This document shows positions 19,222-27,990 of a DNA stretch of 64,000 bases, piece after piece. The notes under the pieces were generated by a model. It was given only the letters and a program-made list of their open reading frames with translations. It made no database searches and was not told the origin of the DNA. The stretch covers positions 282,775 through 346,774 of the forward strand of contig JAQUPX010000001.1 in assembly GCA_028716385.1 (NCBI GenBank). The letters are read 5' to 3'. The translations under genes were made by a program, and so were the position numbers. The stretch comes from a bacterium. Lineage in GTDB: Bacteria; Hydrothermota; UBA3073; JACQXS01; JAQTXJ01. Position 1 is the stretch's first letter. Every line of letters begins with the position of its first letter.

Positions 19222-19602
19222 CTATTTGTCTCTTTTCGTAGCAGTTTTTCTCTTAAGGAATTCGACACTCCCGGAAATGATATTAGCGAAGCCCAGAATC
19301 CATCCAATAGGGTACGGCAAAACCGTAAGCCCCCACCACCACGAATGTGCGCCGGGACCAAATCCTCCGACAGCGCTCCATCCAAACAATGCTCCGACTC
19401 CTACTGCTATCATAATAAAAATAAATCTCCAGTAACGGAACAAACTGCGCCGGTTTTTATCAAGGAACGTACCGAACAAAACCATACCGCTGGCGGGAAG
19501 GATAAGCAGAGAGCCTTCCAGGGGATCCACGATTCCGAGTATCATAAAAATACTGCCAACAACAATCATAACCCGCGACCATTTCATAATGTTAATTTCC
19601 AA
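19222..19602 (-). CDS. small multi-pass membrane protein (hypothetical)
   Basis: 126 aa with three to four hydrophobic helices (IVVGSIFMILGIV, MVLFGTFL, FIFIMIAVGVGALFGW, LTVLPYPIGWILGFANII); overlapping plus-strand ORFs have no such features. Confidence 0.4.
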   Translation of the reverse strand: MEINIMKWSRVMIVVGSIFMILGIVDPLEGSLLILPASGMVLFGTFLDKNRRSLFRYWRFIFIMIAVGVGALFGWSAVGGFGPGAHSWWWGLTVLPYPIGWILGFANIISGSVEFLKRKTATKRDK

Positions 19603-19666
19603 TAAAAGGAATAAATGTCAAGTGGGAAATTAAAGTGACAGTTCTTTACCGGATTCGGCGGATAAA

Positions 19667-19864
19667 CTATCCGTTTTTCCTGAATTCTTTCGCCCATTCT
19701 TGATGTTTACAGCTTGGGCATTGAAGGAGTTTTTTACCGGGGAGGAGTACTTTGAAAACAAAACCGCATTTACGGCATTTATAAACGTGTGTGTTGGCAT
19801 ACCCTATTATGATGGAAAGCAGAACGATTACTGCAATTAAAATCCCAATCATCCATTTTTGCAT
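19667..19864 (-). CDS. small membrane-anchored zinc-ribbon protein (hypothetical)
   Basis: 65 aa; N-terminal helix IGILIAVIVLLSIIIGY then CRKCG...CPSCK (two CxxC pairs). Confidence 0.4.
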   Translation of the reverse strand: MQKWMIGILIAVIVLLSIIIGYANTHVYKCRKCGFVFKVLLPGKKLLQCPSCKHQEWAKEFRKNG

Positions 19865-20172
19865 TGCACAACTAATATATGTTAAAAATCCGCACTGTCA
19901 AGAAAATAGCTCCCCTGTGTTCCGATTATACGATTACACGAATATCCTAATAACGACTTTGTCTGTTAATTTTGATATTTAATATTTATTTATCTCTTAC
20001 AAGTCTCTTACAGTCCCTGTTGAAATTCTTTCTGTTATCTGCTTGCCTACGCCTGCCCGCCGTTCTGTTTGGAGGGGTAGGTTTTTCGTGATGGACTTTC
20101 TTGTGTTCCGTTCTATGTTTTTCTGTTTAGTATAATTTCGTGTTTTTGTGCCTTAGTGGCGAGTATTACTCT

Positions 20173-22224
20173 TCACCAAAAGAACAGATACCTCACCTTC
20201 GCAACGGCGACTCTATCCGTCAATTCCATATCGTCTTCGACGTTGTCTATGGTTTGGTTAAACGCCAGATACACCCACGACTTCGGTCTGAAGTTATAAG
20301 AAATAAGCGCATTAAATTTATGTATATGCGTATCGGTATTCGGCTCTGCGTATATCCTCAATTGCATATCCTTTGTAAGCGCATACTGTACGGTCGGCAG
20401 TAAAATCGAAGCTATTGCCACGCTATCATTATTCGGAGTCCATTCAAAAGTGTTTGACAGGACAAGTGAAAAACTTAAAGACGGATTGACTTTCCAGTCT
20501 ACAATAAAGTCATTCGTTCCGGTTGATGCAAAATACTTTTTCCTGTAATTAAAACCATAACTCTTATACCACACCTCTTCGTTTAAGACAAAAGCCTTGC
20601 TGAAATCGGTATATAAGCAAACGCTCAGACGGGAGTAATCATACTCCGTATTCATTTCATATCCTTTACCTTTGTAAACGTTTATGTGTCCCCCGTAATT
20701 ATTCTTAAAGCAAGGGCTGACGCGCGCGCTAATCCAATTCCCGCCCGGATTGCCGGCTTTTTGTGTTCCGCCTGCTCCCGCGCAAGCCACGAATTTACGA
20801 AAAGGTCCCTTGTTAAAAAATTGCGGTCCCGCCATAAGAGAATATATCTTGTACCCGACATACGGAGCAAACCCGATTTCCCCGACATCGAAACTTGTAT
20901 CATAATTTTCGTACCCTGCCAGCACCAGAAATTTCGGCGCATACCAATTCAGAGCTATCTCCTCCGCATACCCGCTGTCCGATTTCGCCACCTCTGCGGC
21001 ACATTGCAGTTGATGCGTTCGGAACATCCCGTCTATCCCCATTACTTTCTGGTTGTTAAAACTGCTGTCCCCGCTGACTCCCGAATAAGTAAACCCTATG
21101 TCCGAATTTTTCAGGATGCCCATTTTTATCCTTCCCACGGAGTATAAATTTCTAGGTTCAAACCAATCTTCTCCCGGCGAAATGCTGTCCGTGTACGCCG
21201 ACAACATTCCGAATTTTACTCTCCCCAGCGACCCCGTATATTTTGCCCCGCCCAAAATCGGGACTTCACCTTCGGGCAATTTTTTGCCTATCCTACGGGA
21301 ATAGAAAAGTGTTATCGGAGTGGCGAAGACTTCCTGCGATTCGATAAAAAACGGCCGTCTTTCGTCGAGATAAAGTTCGTACTCGGAAAGGTTAATCGTA
21401 TAAGGGTCTGCTTCTATTTGCGCAAAATCCGGCAGCATCGTAAGCGAAAGCTGCGACGAAGTAAACCCCCAACCGACGTCCAGTCCTGCCTGCGGGCGAA
21501 GGATTAAAGTATCTCTATCCTCAAGGGTCTTTCCCAATTCGTATCTTACAAGTCCCACGGGATAAACTTCAAGGTTCAGTCCCTGTCTGGTGTTCGGGAT
21601 TCCTTTGAGCGCTCCACTTCTGGAAACACGCATCCCTTCTACCTGTTTAAGGGGCGCCCACGATACGCTCTCGCTATTTTTTGAAATATATCTAAAGAAG
21701 TTGACGCCCCATTCATCGAGTCCTTGTTTAAACCGTAATGTTTTGAAAGGTATTTTCATTTCCGCGACATACCCGTATTTCGTAACTTTAGCCACCGAGT
21801 ACCAGACTCCGTCCCAGCTTACGTCGTCTGCTCTTCCGTCCTGGGAAATTTTTTCATCGTATTGCACGCCTGCGGCGTTCAGCATAAATTCGTAAGCAGT
21901 AGTTTTATCGCCAAAAGTATCGAATATAATTCCGACGTTATCTTCGTTATAGAAATAATCTCTCGGCACTTTTTTAATATTTAAGCTTTTCGGGTCGGCG
22001 TCAAAACACTTAAATGCGATATAAATATTTTTATCATCGCAACAGATGTAGACTTTAGTGGATTCGGAAGGAGACGCTCCCTCGTCCGGGTCACTCTGGA
22101 CGAAGTTTTGAACGGAGTCTGCGTTCTGCCAGACCGAGTCAATTTTTCCGTCAATAACCGGCGGAGTGGTAACTTTCGGTATGTTTACGACACTTCCAAG
22201 GCTTAAAAAAAGTAATAGCAACAT
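20173..22224 (-). CDS. predicted outer-membrane protein: N-terminal CBM9/DOMON-like domain plus C-terminal beta-rich region (DUF5916-like)
   Basis: 683 aa; signal-like N-terminus; DGKIDSVWQNA...IYIAFKCFD...DxVxIxFDTFxDxxTAYxF motif block; ends in aromatic ...RYLFFW as in many outer-membrane barrels. Confidence 0.5.
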   Translation of the reverse strand: MLLLLFLSLGSVVNIPKVTTPPVIDGKIDSVWQNADSVQNFVQSDPDEGASPSESTKVYICCDDKNIYIAFKCFDADPKSLNIKKVPRDYFYNEDNVGIIFDTFGDKTTAYEFMLNAAGVQYDEKISQDGRADDVSWDGVWYSVAKVTKYGYVAEMKIPFKTLRFKQGLDEWGVNFFRYISKNSESVSWAPLKQVEGMRVSRSGALKGIPNTRQGLNLEVYPVGLVRYELGKTLEDRDTLILRPQAGLDVGWGFTSSQLSLTMLPDFAQIEADPYTINLSEYELYLDERRPFFIESQEVFATPITLFYSRRIGKKLPEGEVPILGGAKYTGSLGRVKFGMLSAYTDSISPGEDWFEPRNLYSVGRIKMGILKNSDIGFTYSGVSGDSSFNNQKVMGIDGMFRTHQLQCAAEVAKSDSGYAEEIALNWYAPKFLVLAGYENYDTSFDVGEIGFAPYVGYKIYSLMAGPQFFNKGPFRKFVACAGAGGTQKAGNPGGNWISARVSPCFKNNYGGHINVYKGKGYEMNTEYDYSRLSVCLYTDFSKAFVLNEEVWYKSYGFNYRKKYFASTGTNDFIVDWKVNPSLSFSLVLSNTFEWTPNNDSVAIASILLPTVQYALTKDMQLRIYAEPNTDTHIHKFNALISYNFRPKSWVYLAFNQTIDNVEDDMELTDRVAVAKVRYLFFW

Positions 22225-22314
22225 AGTTTTCTATCTTTCTCTTTTAATGCAAAACATATCCGTTGTCAAAAAAACACCCTCAATTCTGTCCAAAATTCAT
22301 GAATCTTAGAATCT

Positions 22315-24177
22315 TTAGGTCTTCTCACTCAGTTGATTAAGCATTTTTTCCTGTGAAATTTTTACGGCCGCCATTTTTTCCCTTAATGCTGAATGTAGAT
22401 GGCTCCATGTTTCAAAATCACACTCTTCTCTAAGTTCACATTCATTACATCTAAAACATCTTGGGAGTTTTAGCCCGCTAAAAAAGTTGTATTCAATATT
22501 TTTAATAATTTTTTCTACTAATTGTTGCGAATAGAAAATCTCAAGTTTTTCTTTTGCCATTTTAGTATTATAATTCTTAAGCTTTTTTAAAACCAAATAA
22601 TCTCTTATCGCTGAAAAATAAGTAATTTCTTCCTCGTTGTTTTTTATATTTCCGGACGATAGTATATTAATAAATTTTTGCAATTCATATATCGCTTTTT
22701 TATATGAACCGGTAACTAAATGCAAAAACGAAAGTAGTAAAACAGGATTTATTCTGCTCCATTGAGAATCCCATTTACGCAAAGGGAGCCATGTAAAAGG
22801 GAGGATATTATTTATTTTATAGGGAGTCTTATATACGCTGTTGTTAACCAGTTCTTTGATTTCTTTGAATTCATCAATTTTTCTTTTATCTAAATCTATA
22901 AATAAATTATTTTTTTCTATTTTTTCTTTATGTAATTCTAACTCCTTCCATGAAGCTCTTCTGGAGTTAGTCCCCGGTACAATAACTTGATAACTTGGAA
23001 ATCCCAAAAAAGATACATCTCTTATAAATATAGGTCCTTTTGTTGCTCTATGTAATATATTACACATACGTTGATAGTGTAGTTTATTGTTAAATTTGTT
23101 ATTTGTGTTTGCCGACAAAGTACTATTATAAGATGGTTTTCCAAAGAAAAAACTGTTTGGATAAGCACCGTCATTCGTTTTTAGCAAGTTAAAAAAGTTG
23201 TTAGACCATCCGCCATTATTAATTTTTTGTTCGAATAATAAATCTTTTAAGTTTACTTTCGTTCCGCTTTTGTAGTCCAAAATATGTCTACCTTGAAATG
23301 TTTCTGTAATGGCGCGGGAAATAGCCTCATCTATATTAGGATGCGACCCAAAATTTACATGGTAGCTGCCTTTCCTTTTATCGTGCGCTATGACAGCAAC
23401 AACAGGCAACGCCATATTTAGAGAACAATCTTTAATTGAAATATGGAAATTACTATTTTTTTCTATTTCCTCAATCATAATCTTTAAGTGTGGGGAACGA
23501 GATATACAACTTTTGTTTAATTCCGGGGGAGTTAATTGCTTGTGGTAAATAACATCCATACAGTGCCTTTCACTTACTTCGCTCATCCCTTGCACCAATG
23601 CTTCGTAAATATTATTCCCGGCGCACATCCCCGTAGAACCATAATGATACCTTATCATCTCCAATGGCAAAAAAACAATTTTTCCGCTAATCACATCCGC
23701 AAATGGAATGCATAGCAATTTTCCTTCGTATGAAAAAAAATCCAGCCATTTTTCGGCATCCCCTTTCTGTCTGTCACACGGAGCAAAATTTCTTAACAAA
23801 TTCTTGTCGACAGACTTAACAAATTGGCGCGGTGTTAAAAATATTTCATCCGGGGAATAAATAAAATCAGAAATCTTATGCAGTGTTTTATAGTTTAATA
23901 TAAAACTATTATGATTTGCGGTGTTGAATTGATTTTGTATTCTTTCCATTAGTTCCGCATAAGCGCTGGCAAGCGCCGCTTCTTTTGACATCCCCTTCCC
24001 GTTTGAACCAATAAAACTATCATTAAAACTAATGCGTACCGAATATAAAGAATCTCCATTCTTATACCACCTGTCTTCATTAATCAAAACTCCTATTTTG
24101 TAAAAAATGTTTCTTATACGAGTTATAGTTTCTATGGGTTTTACATCTTTATATAAAACTGTCTGAACCTTTTCCAT
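22315..24177 (-). CDS. ycaO: YcaO-domain protein, full-length E. coli YcaO-type
   Basis: 620 aa; SVRISFNDSFIGSNGKGMSKEAALASAYAELMERIQNQF matches the YcaO ATP-binding core (GKG...AxxSAxxExxER); further blocks YHYGSTGMCAGNNIYEALVQGMSEVSERH and FGSHPNIDEAISRAITETFQGR line up with E. coli YcaO along its length. Confidence 0.85.
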   Translation of the reverse strand: MEKVQTVLYKDVKPIETITRIRNIFYKIGVLINEDRWYKNGDSLYSVRISFNDSFIGSNGKGMSKEAALASAYAELMERIQNQFNTANHNSFILNYKTLHKISDFIYSPDEIFLTPRQFVKSVDKNLLRNFAPCDRQKGDAEKWLDFFSYEGKLLCIPFADVISGKIVFLPLEMIRYHYGSTGMCAGNNIYEALVQGMSEVSERHCMDVIYHKQLTPPELNKSCISRSPHLKIMIEEIEKNSNFHISIKDCSLNMALPVVAVIAHDKRKGSYHVNFGSHPNIDEAISRAITETFQGRHILDYKSGTKVNLKDLLFEQKINNGGWSNNFFNLLKTNDGAYPNSFFFGKPSYNSTLSANTNNKFNNKLHYQRMCNILHRATKGPIFIRDVSFLGFPSYQVIVPGTNSRRASWKELELHKEKIEKNNLFIDLDKRKIDEFKEIKELVNNSVYKTPYKINNILPFTWLPLRKWDSQWSRINPVLLLSFLHLVTGSYKKAIYELQKFINILSSGNIKNNEEEITYFSAIRDYLVLKKLKNYNTKMAKEKLEIFYSQQLVEKIIKNIEYNFFSGLKLPRCFRCNECELREECDFETWSHLHSALREKMAAVKISQEKMLNQLSEKT

Positions 24178-24224
24178 AGTTTTAACTAATTCCCCTCATC
24201 TCCCTATCCGCCTTATTCTTTTCT

Positions 24225-24651
24225 TTTAATCTCTCCAATCTATTACCAACCCTTGATTTATCTAGGGATGGTTATCCAGCTCTGCTGGAAAATCTCCAAT
24301 CCAAAATCCAAAATCTATTACTTGCCTGCCCCGTACATTTATTGCACAGGGGCGCTCACTTGGTAGCCGCAAGCTTTAGCTTGCGCCTGTCCACCTTTTG
24401 TTTTGGCGGAAAGCGGGGAAGAATCTCGTTTTTCCCCTTCGCCCTTTGCTCTTCTCGCTCCTCCGTATCTCCCCAATTCGCATTCCAAAATCTTTTTTTT
24501 CAGTATCTTTTAATTCCCCAATTCCTTCTTTTAATCCGTTCAATCCCCAATCCCTGCCTACCGGTCAGGCAGGCAAAATCTAAAATCTATTACCAGCCCT
24601 TGAGTTATCTAGGGATGGTTATCCAGCTCCGCTGTGGCTGGAAAATCCGCC
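24225..24651. repeat. repeat-rich intergenic region containing remnants of T9SS-linker coding sequence
   Basis: Two copies of CTATTACCxxCCCTTGAxTTATCTAGGGATGGTTATCCAGCTCxGCTG (about 24235-24290 and 24585-24640); AATCCAAAATCCAAAATC and CCCTGCCTACCGGTCAGGCAGGCAAAATC blocks match coding sequence at 33585-33625; GGTAGCCGCAAGCTTTAGCTTGCGC hairpin at about 24360. Confidence 0.45.
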
Positions 24652-26370
24652 CTATCCCTCGTTTTCTATTGTTTGAAATAAATGCTGGTATAAGATATTC
24701 GTTTGTATCAATTCTCTGTGCGTCCCCGATGTAACAAAATTCCCCTTATCAAGAACTATCGTCCTGTCCGCTAAAAGCATCGTTTCTTTTGAATGACTGA
24801 TAACTATCGTTATTCTGTCGTCTTTGCCGTCTATTAAAACATTATGTATCGCTTTAATGTTGTTCGCATCAAGTCCTGCCGTGGCCTCATCCAACAGCAA
24901 TACGTCCGGTTTTTTTAGAAAAGCCCGCGCTATCGCCAGCCTCTGTTTTTGCCCGCCACTCAGATTTCCACCGCTTTCATTAAGTTTATGATTCAACCCG
25001 TCTTCTAATTGATTAATGAATTCCATTGCCTGGGCCCTTTTTAGAACAGTATCAATTTCTTCATCGGTTGAATTTAACTTGCCCATAGAAATGTTCTCTT
25101 TTATCGTTGCTAAAAATAAAAAAGGCGCCTGTTGCACTATTGCTATTTTATTCCGATACGAATCCAGGGATATTGAATTGATGTTAATGCCGTTTGCGCT
25201 TATCTCACCTTTCTCCGGCATATATACCCGCTGCAATAACTTAAATATCGTCGTTTTCCCCGCCCCGCTTTCCCCTACTAATGCTATGATTTCACCTTTC
25301 TTTGCGCTGAAAGAAACATTCTTAAGACCAAAATCATCCTTTTCGGAATATGAAAAACAAACTTCTTTAACGTTGAGCGTTTCTATGCTTTCAATATCAA
25401 TGCCTTCTTTCTTCTCCTGCTCTATAGAGAATAATTCCTGCACTCTTTTTATACAACTTTTCCCCGTTTGAAGAGATATGTTAAGATTCGTTAACCCGGA
25501 CGTTGAACTGAATACTTGCACCATAAGCATATTAAACGCAAAGAAACTGCCAAAAGTAAGCTCCCCTTTAATTATCAGGTATCCCCCCAGCCATATTAAT
25601 ACGACCTTCCCCAGGGTCGAACTTAGTTGCCCCAGCACAGATGGCTTGCAGGAATATACGAACCGTTCAATTGCAATATTAAACAACTCTGTTAATTTTT
25701 TAGCATACCTGCTTATAATTTCTTTTTCTGCTCCTAAATATTTTATTTCCAGACGCCCGGAAATGATTTCGTTCAAATAAAAAGTATTATTTGCTTTCTT
25801 CTCCAGCATTTTTATCGTTCTCTGGTTCATCCCGCGATTAAATAGCTTTAAAGAAATGGCAAAAATCGGGAGTATACTGAAAAACACTAAAGATAACGTA
25901 AGATTAAACTTCGCAATGATTATCACGCTAACTACAAGCGTAATCGCATCTTTTGTTAAATTTAACATATCGTCTATAAAAAACGTATTAACTCCTTCCA
26001 AATCTCCCTCTATTCGTCCCGTAAGATATCCCGACCCTTTTTGAGATAATTCTTTCCAGTTGGAATTAATAATTCGTCCCAATAATATTGACTTTAAATA
26101 GTTCCCGAAACCATACTTCAGGCAATTTGCCATATAAGTATCAAAAATGCTTATCCCTATAAGGCAAACTTGAGCAGCCAATATCGCAATAGCCCATTTT
26201 GTTAAAAGAAGATAGTCTTTAGAAGGCAAAACAATATCAAGGATATGTTTTGTCAGGAGCGGAATTATAACGACTAAAGCGACTTTCAATATGTTCCCAA
26301 CAACAATAAGTAGTGATGATGAAAAAGCAATCCCAAAAAAATATTTACCTGCTAATTTTCTTACTTTCAT
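24652..26370 (-). CDS. ABC exporter, fused permease-ATPase (no N-terminal C39 peptidase domain)
   Basis: 572 aa; N-terminal half with multiple hydrophobic helices; Walker A GESGAGKTT, signature LSGGQKQRLAIARAF, Walker B VLLLDEATAGLD; start overlaps the rSAM stop by 4 nt. Confidence 0.85.
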   Translation of the reverse strand: MKVRKLAGKYFFGIAFSSSLLIVVGNILKVALVVIIPLLTKHILDIVLPSKDYLLLTKWAIAILAAQVCLIGISIFDTYMANCLKYGFGNYLKSILLGRIINSNWKELSQKGSGYLTGRIEGDLEGVNTFFIDDMLNLTKDAITLVVSVIIIAKFNLTLSLVFFSILPIFAISLKLFNRGMNQRTIKMLEKKANNTFYLNEIISGRLEIKYLGAEKEIISRYAKKLTELFNIAIERFVYSCKPSVLGQLSSTLGKVVLIWLGGYLIIKGELTFGSFFAFNMLMVQVFSSTSGLTNLNISLQTGKSCIKRVQELFSIEQEKKEGIDIESIETLNVKEVCFSYSEKDDFGLKNVSFSAKKGEIIALVGESGAGKTTIFKLLQRVYMPEKGEISANGININSISLDSYRNKIAIVQQAPFLFLATIKENISMGKLNSTDEEIDTVLKRAQAMEFINQLEDGLNHKLNESGGNLSGGQKQRLAIARAFLKKPDVLLLDEATAGLDANNIKAIHNVLIDGKDDRITIVISHSKETMLLADRTIVLDKGNFVTSGTHRELIQTNILYQHLFQTIENEG

Positions 26371-27731
26371 AGTTTGTCCTTATAGATGAGTTTCATTATC
26401 CCACACTGGTATTCATCCGGAGTATATAAATTGCCGTTTGCCAATAAAGCAGCCCCCGGACACATTTTACAATAATTCTTTATACTACATATATTACACG
26501 TTTTCAAATCGTCTACTTTAATATTATGATGCATTCTTATTTCATCACTTCCCCATATCTCATCTATTGATTTGTTTCTAATGTTTTGACTCCCGTACCT
26601 CAATGTTGCACACGGGAAAACGTTCCCCTTAGCATCTATTGCAAAACTATAAGCTCCGGAATAACAATTTGCTGAATTTGGCCCCCTAATATCCTCTTCT
26701 TGTTGCAAACTCTCTCTTCCCACTTTGTTAATTAACCAATCAATCTGTGATAAAGAACAGAAAACATTTTGATTCATATTTCTATACAATCCTTTTCTCA
26801 TTTGGGTAATGTCGTAAGTATATCTTAAACCATAAGATGCGCATAATTTTTCCATTGCGGGAATCTGCCGGTAATTCATCGCCAAAACTGGGGTTTTAAT
26901 ACGGATGCGCATATTAGTTTTAGAAAGTATGGGAAGTAAAGTTTTTATATGCTCTGAGGCAGTTACTCCGCAAATCTCTTTATAAGTTTTTTCATTAGCT
27001 CCCAAAACGCTAATTTCTAACTTGTATACCCCAAGAGATTCCAAATGTTTTATAAGAGCCTTATTCAATAAATACCCATTTGTAAAAACTACTACTGCAA
27101 AATTTCTATCTATTGCCATCTTTATAATATTAAGAAAATCTTTTCTTATAAGAGGTTCTCCCCCTGAAATTGTAACTCTTAAACACTTTTTTTCTTTGAG
27201 CCAATTTAATATCTCTATAATTTCATTTAGTGAAAGGTCTTCGGATGTTTTTGATTTTTTACTTGGTATTTTGTTATAGCAATGTATACATTGGAAATTG
27301 CACATAGATGAAACCTCTATAAATGCCGACATAGGAAGTTTTTCTCCGGCATATAATCTACGTATTTTCTTAGAATCTAATATCTGCTTAGCATTAAATA
27401 GTTTTTCATTTTTGTTTGATTGGGATTTCATTATTTGTTCTTTATCAACAAACAAAATACTTTCGGCATTTAACCAATTTATTATTAATTTTATATTATC
27501 AACAATAAACTTGTGCGATATAATTATTTTCTTTTTATACGCTAAAGAAATTATATTTTTTTCAATCTTATTCTTGCTATTACCTTTTAAAAAAGAGTAT
27601 ACTATTAGTGCCCCAATTCCATTTATAAGGCTATAGCTATCTGTTTTTTTATTAAAAACAATTGCTTGATTTAGATTTTTAAAATATCTACAAATAAAAA
27701 TCTTATTTAATCTCGACATTTTTAGTCCCAT
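26367..27731 (-). CDS. radical SAM enzyme with C-terminal SPASM domain and ~130-aa N-terminal extension (possible peptide-recognition, RRE/PqqD-like)
   Basis: 454 aa; CNFQCIHC (CxxxCxxC) cluster; glycine-rich SAM motif VTISGGEP; C-terminal Cys cluster CNICSIKNYCKMCPG typical of SPASM; N-terminal region before the rSAM core is a small alpha/beta unit. Confidence 0.8.
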   Translation of the reverse strand: MGLKMSRLNKIFICRYFKNLNQAIVFNKKTDSYSLINGIGALIVYSFLKGNSKNKIEKNIISLAYKKKIIISHKFIVDNIKLIINWLNAESILFVDKEQIMKSQSNKNEKLFNAKQILDSKKIRRLYAGEKLPMSAFIEVSSMCNFQCIHCYNKIPSKKSKTSEDLSLNEIIEILNWLKEKKCLRVTISGGEPLIRKDFLNIIKMAIDRNFAVVVFTNGYLLNKALIKHLESLGVYKLEISVLGANEKTYKEICGVTASEHIKTLLPILSKTNMRIRIKTPVLAMNYRQIPAMEKLCASYGLRYTYDITQMRKGLYRNMNQNVFCSLSQIDWLINKVGRESLQQEEDIRGPNSANCYSGAYSFAIDAKGNVFPCATLRYGSQNIRNKSIDEIWGSDEIRMHHNIKVDDLKTCNICSIKNYCKMCPGAALLANGNLYTPDEYQCGIMKLIYKDKL

Positions 27732-27780
27732 CAGTATTTTACTTTTTTAATACATTATAAAATTAATAATCTACTCCTTG

Positions 27781-27803
27781 TGTACACCTGTAAAAGGTGT
27801 ACA
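27781..27803 (-). terminator. perfect 9-bp-stem hairpin between small ORF and rSAM gene (possible attenuator)
   Basis: TGTACACCT-gtaaa-AGGTGTACA, 17 nt downstream of the small-ORF stop and about 50 nt upstream of the rSAM start. Confidence 0.4.
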
Positions 27804-27819
27804 CAAGGATGCAATACAA

Positions 27820-27963
27820 TTACATAAGGACCATTGTACAATTATCCGTCATGTCAGTTTCATCTTCATTCAATCTACTAGGCCCTATACGTCTTGCTAA
27901 TTTCCCTGGTGTTGTCCCAGCCTCAATAGTTACGGTACTTTCAATTTTTGTTAGTTCAAACAT
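27820..27963 (-). CDS. unannotated 47-aa ORF, candidate precursor peptide
   Basis: Minus-strand ATG at 27963 with AAGGAGGTGA 8 nt upstream; translation MFELTKIESTVTIEAGTTPGKLARRIGPSRLNEDETDMTDNCTMVLM; stop TAA at 27820-27822; sits directly 5' of the rSAM-ABC operon on the same strand; below the 60-aa track cutoff. Confidence 0.35.
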   Translation of the reverse strand: MFELTKIESTVTIEAGTTPGKLARRIGPSRLNEDETDMTDNCTMVLM

Positions 27964-27990
27964 TTTTTCATCACCTCCTTTTTCACATAG

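Noticed and set aside
16560-19230. Possible CRISPR array suggested by many short palindromic repeats
   Set aside because: Repeats are of several unrelated types, irregularly spaced, partly tandem duplications, with no uniform repeat-spacer periodicity and no cas genes in the window
18837-19605. Plus-strand ORFs 18837-19178, 19112-19435 and 19168-19605
   Set aside because: They lie in repeat-rich DNA, have Pro/Ser/Arg-rich low-complexity translations typical of out-of-frame reading, and overlap a minus-strand ORF with clear transmembrane helices
24652-26370. Bacteriocin-type ABC transporter with N-terminal C39 peptidase domain
   Set aside because: The protein begins directly with hydrophobic membrane helices and has no Cys/His peptidase motif block before them; annotated as a plain fused exporter
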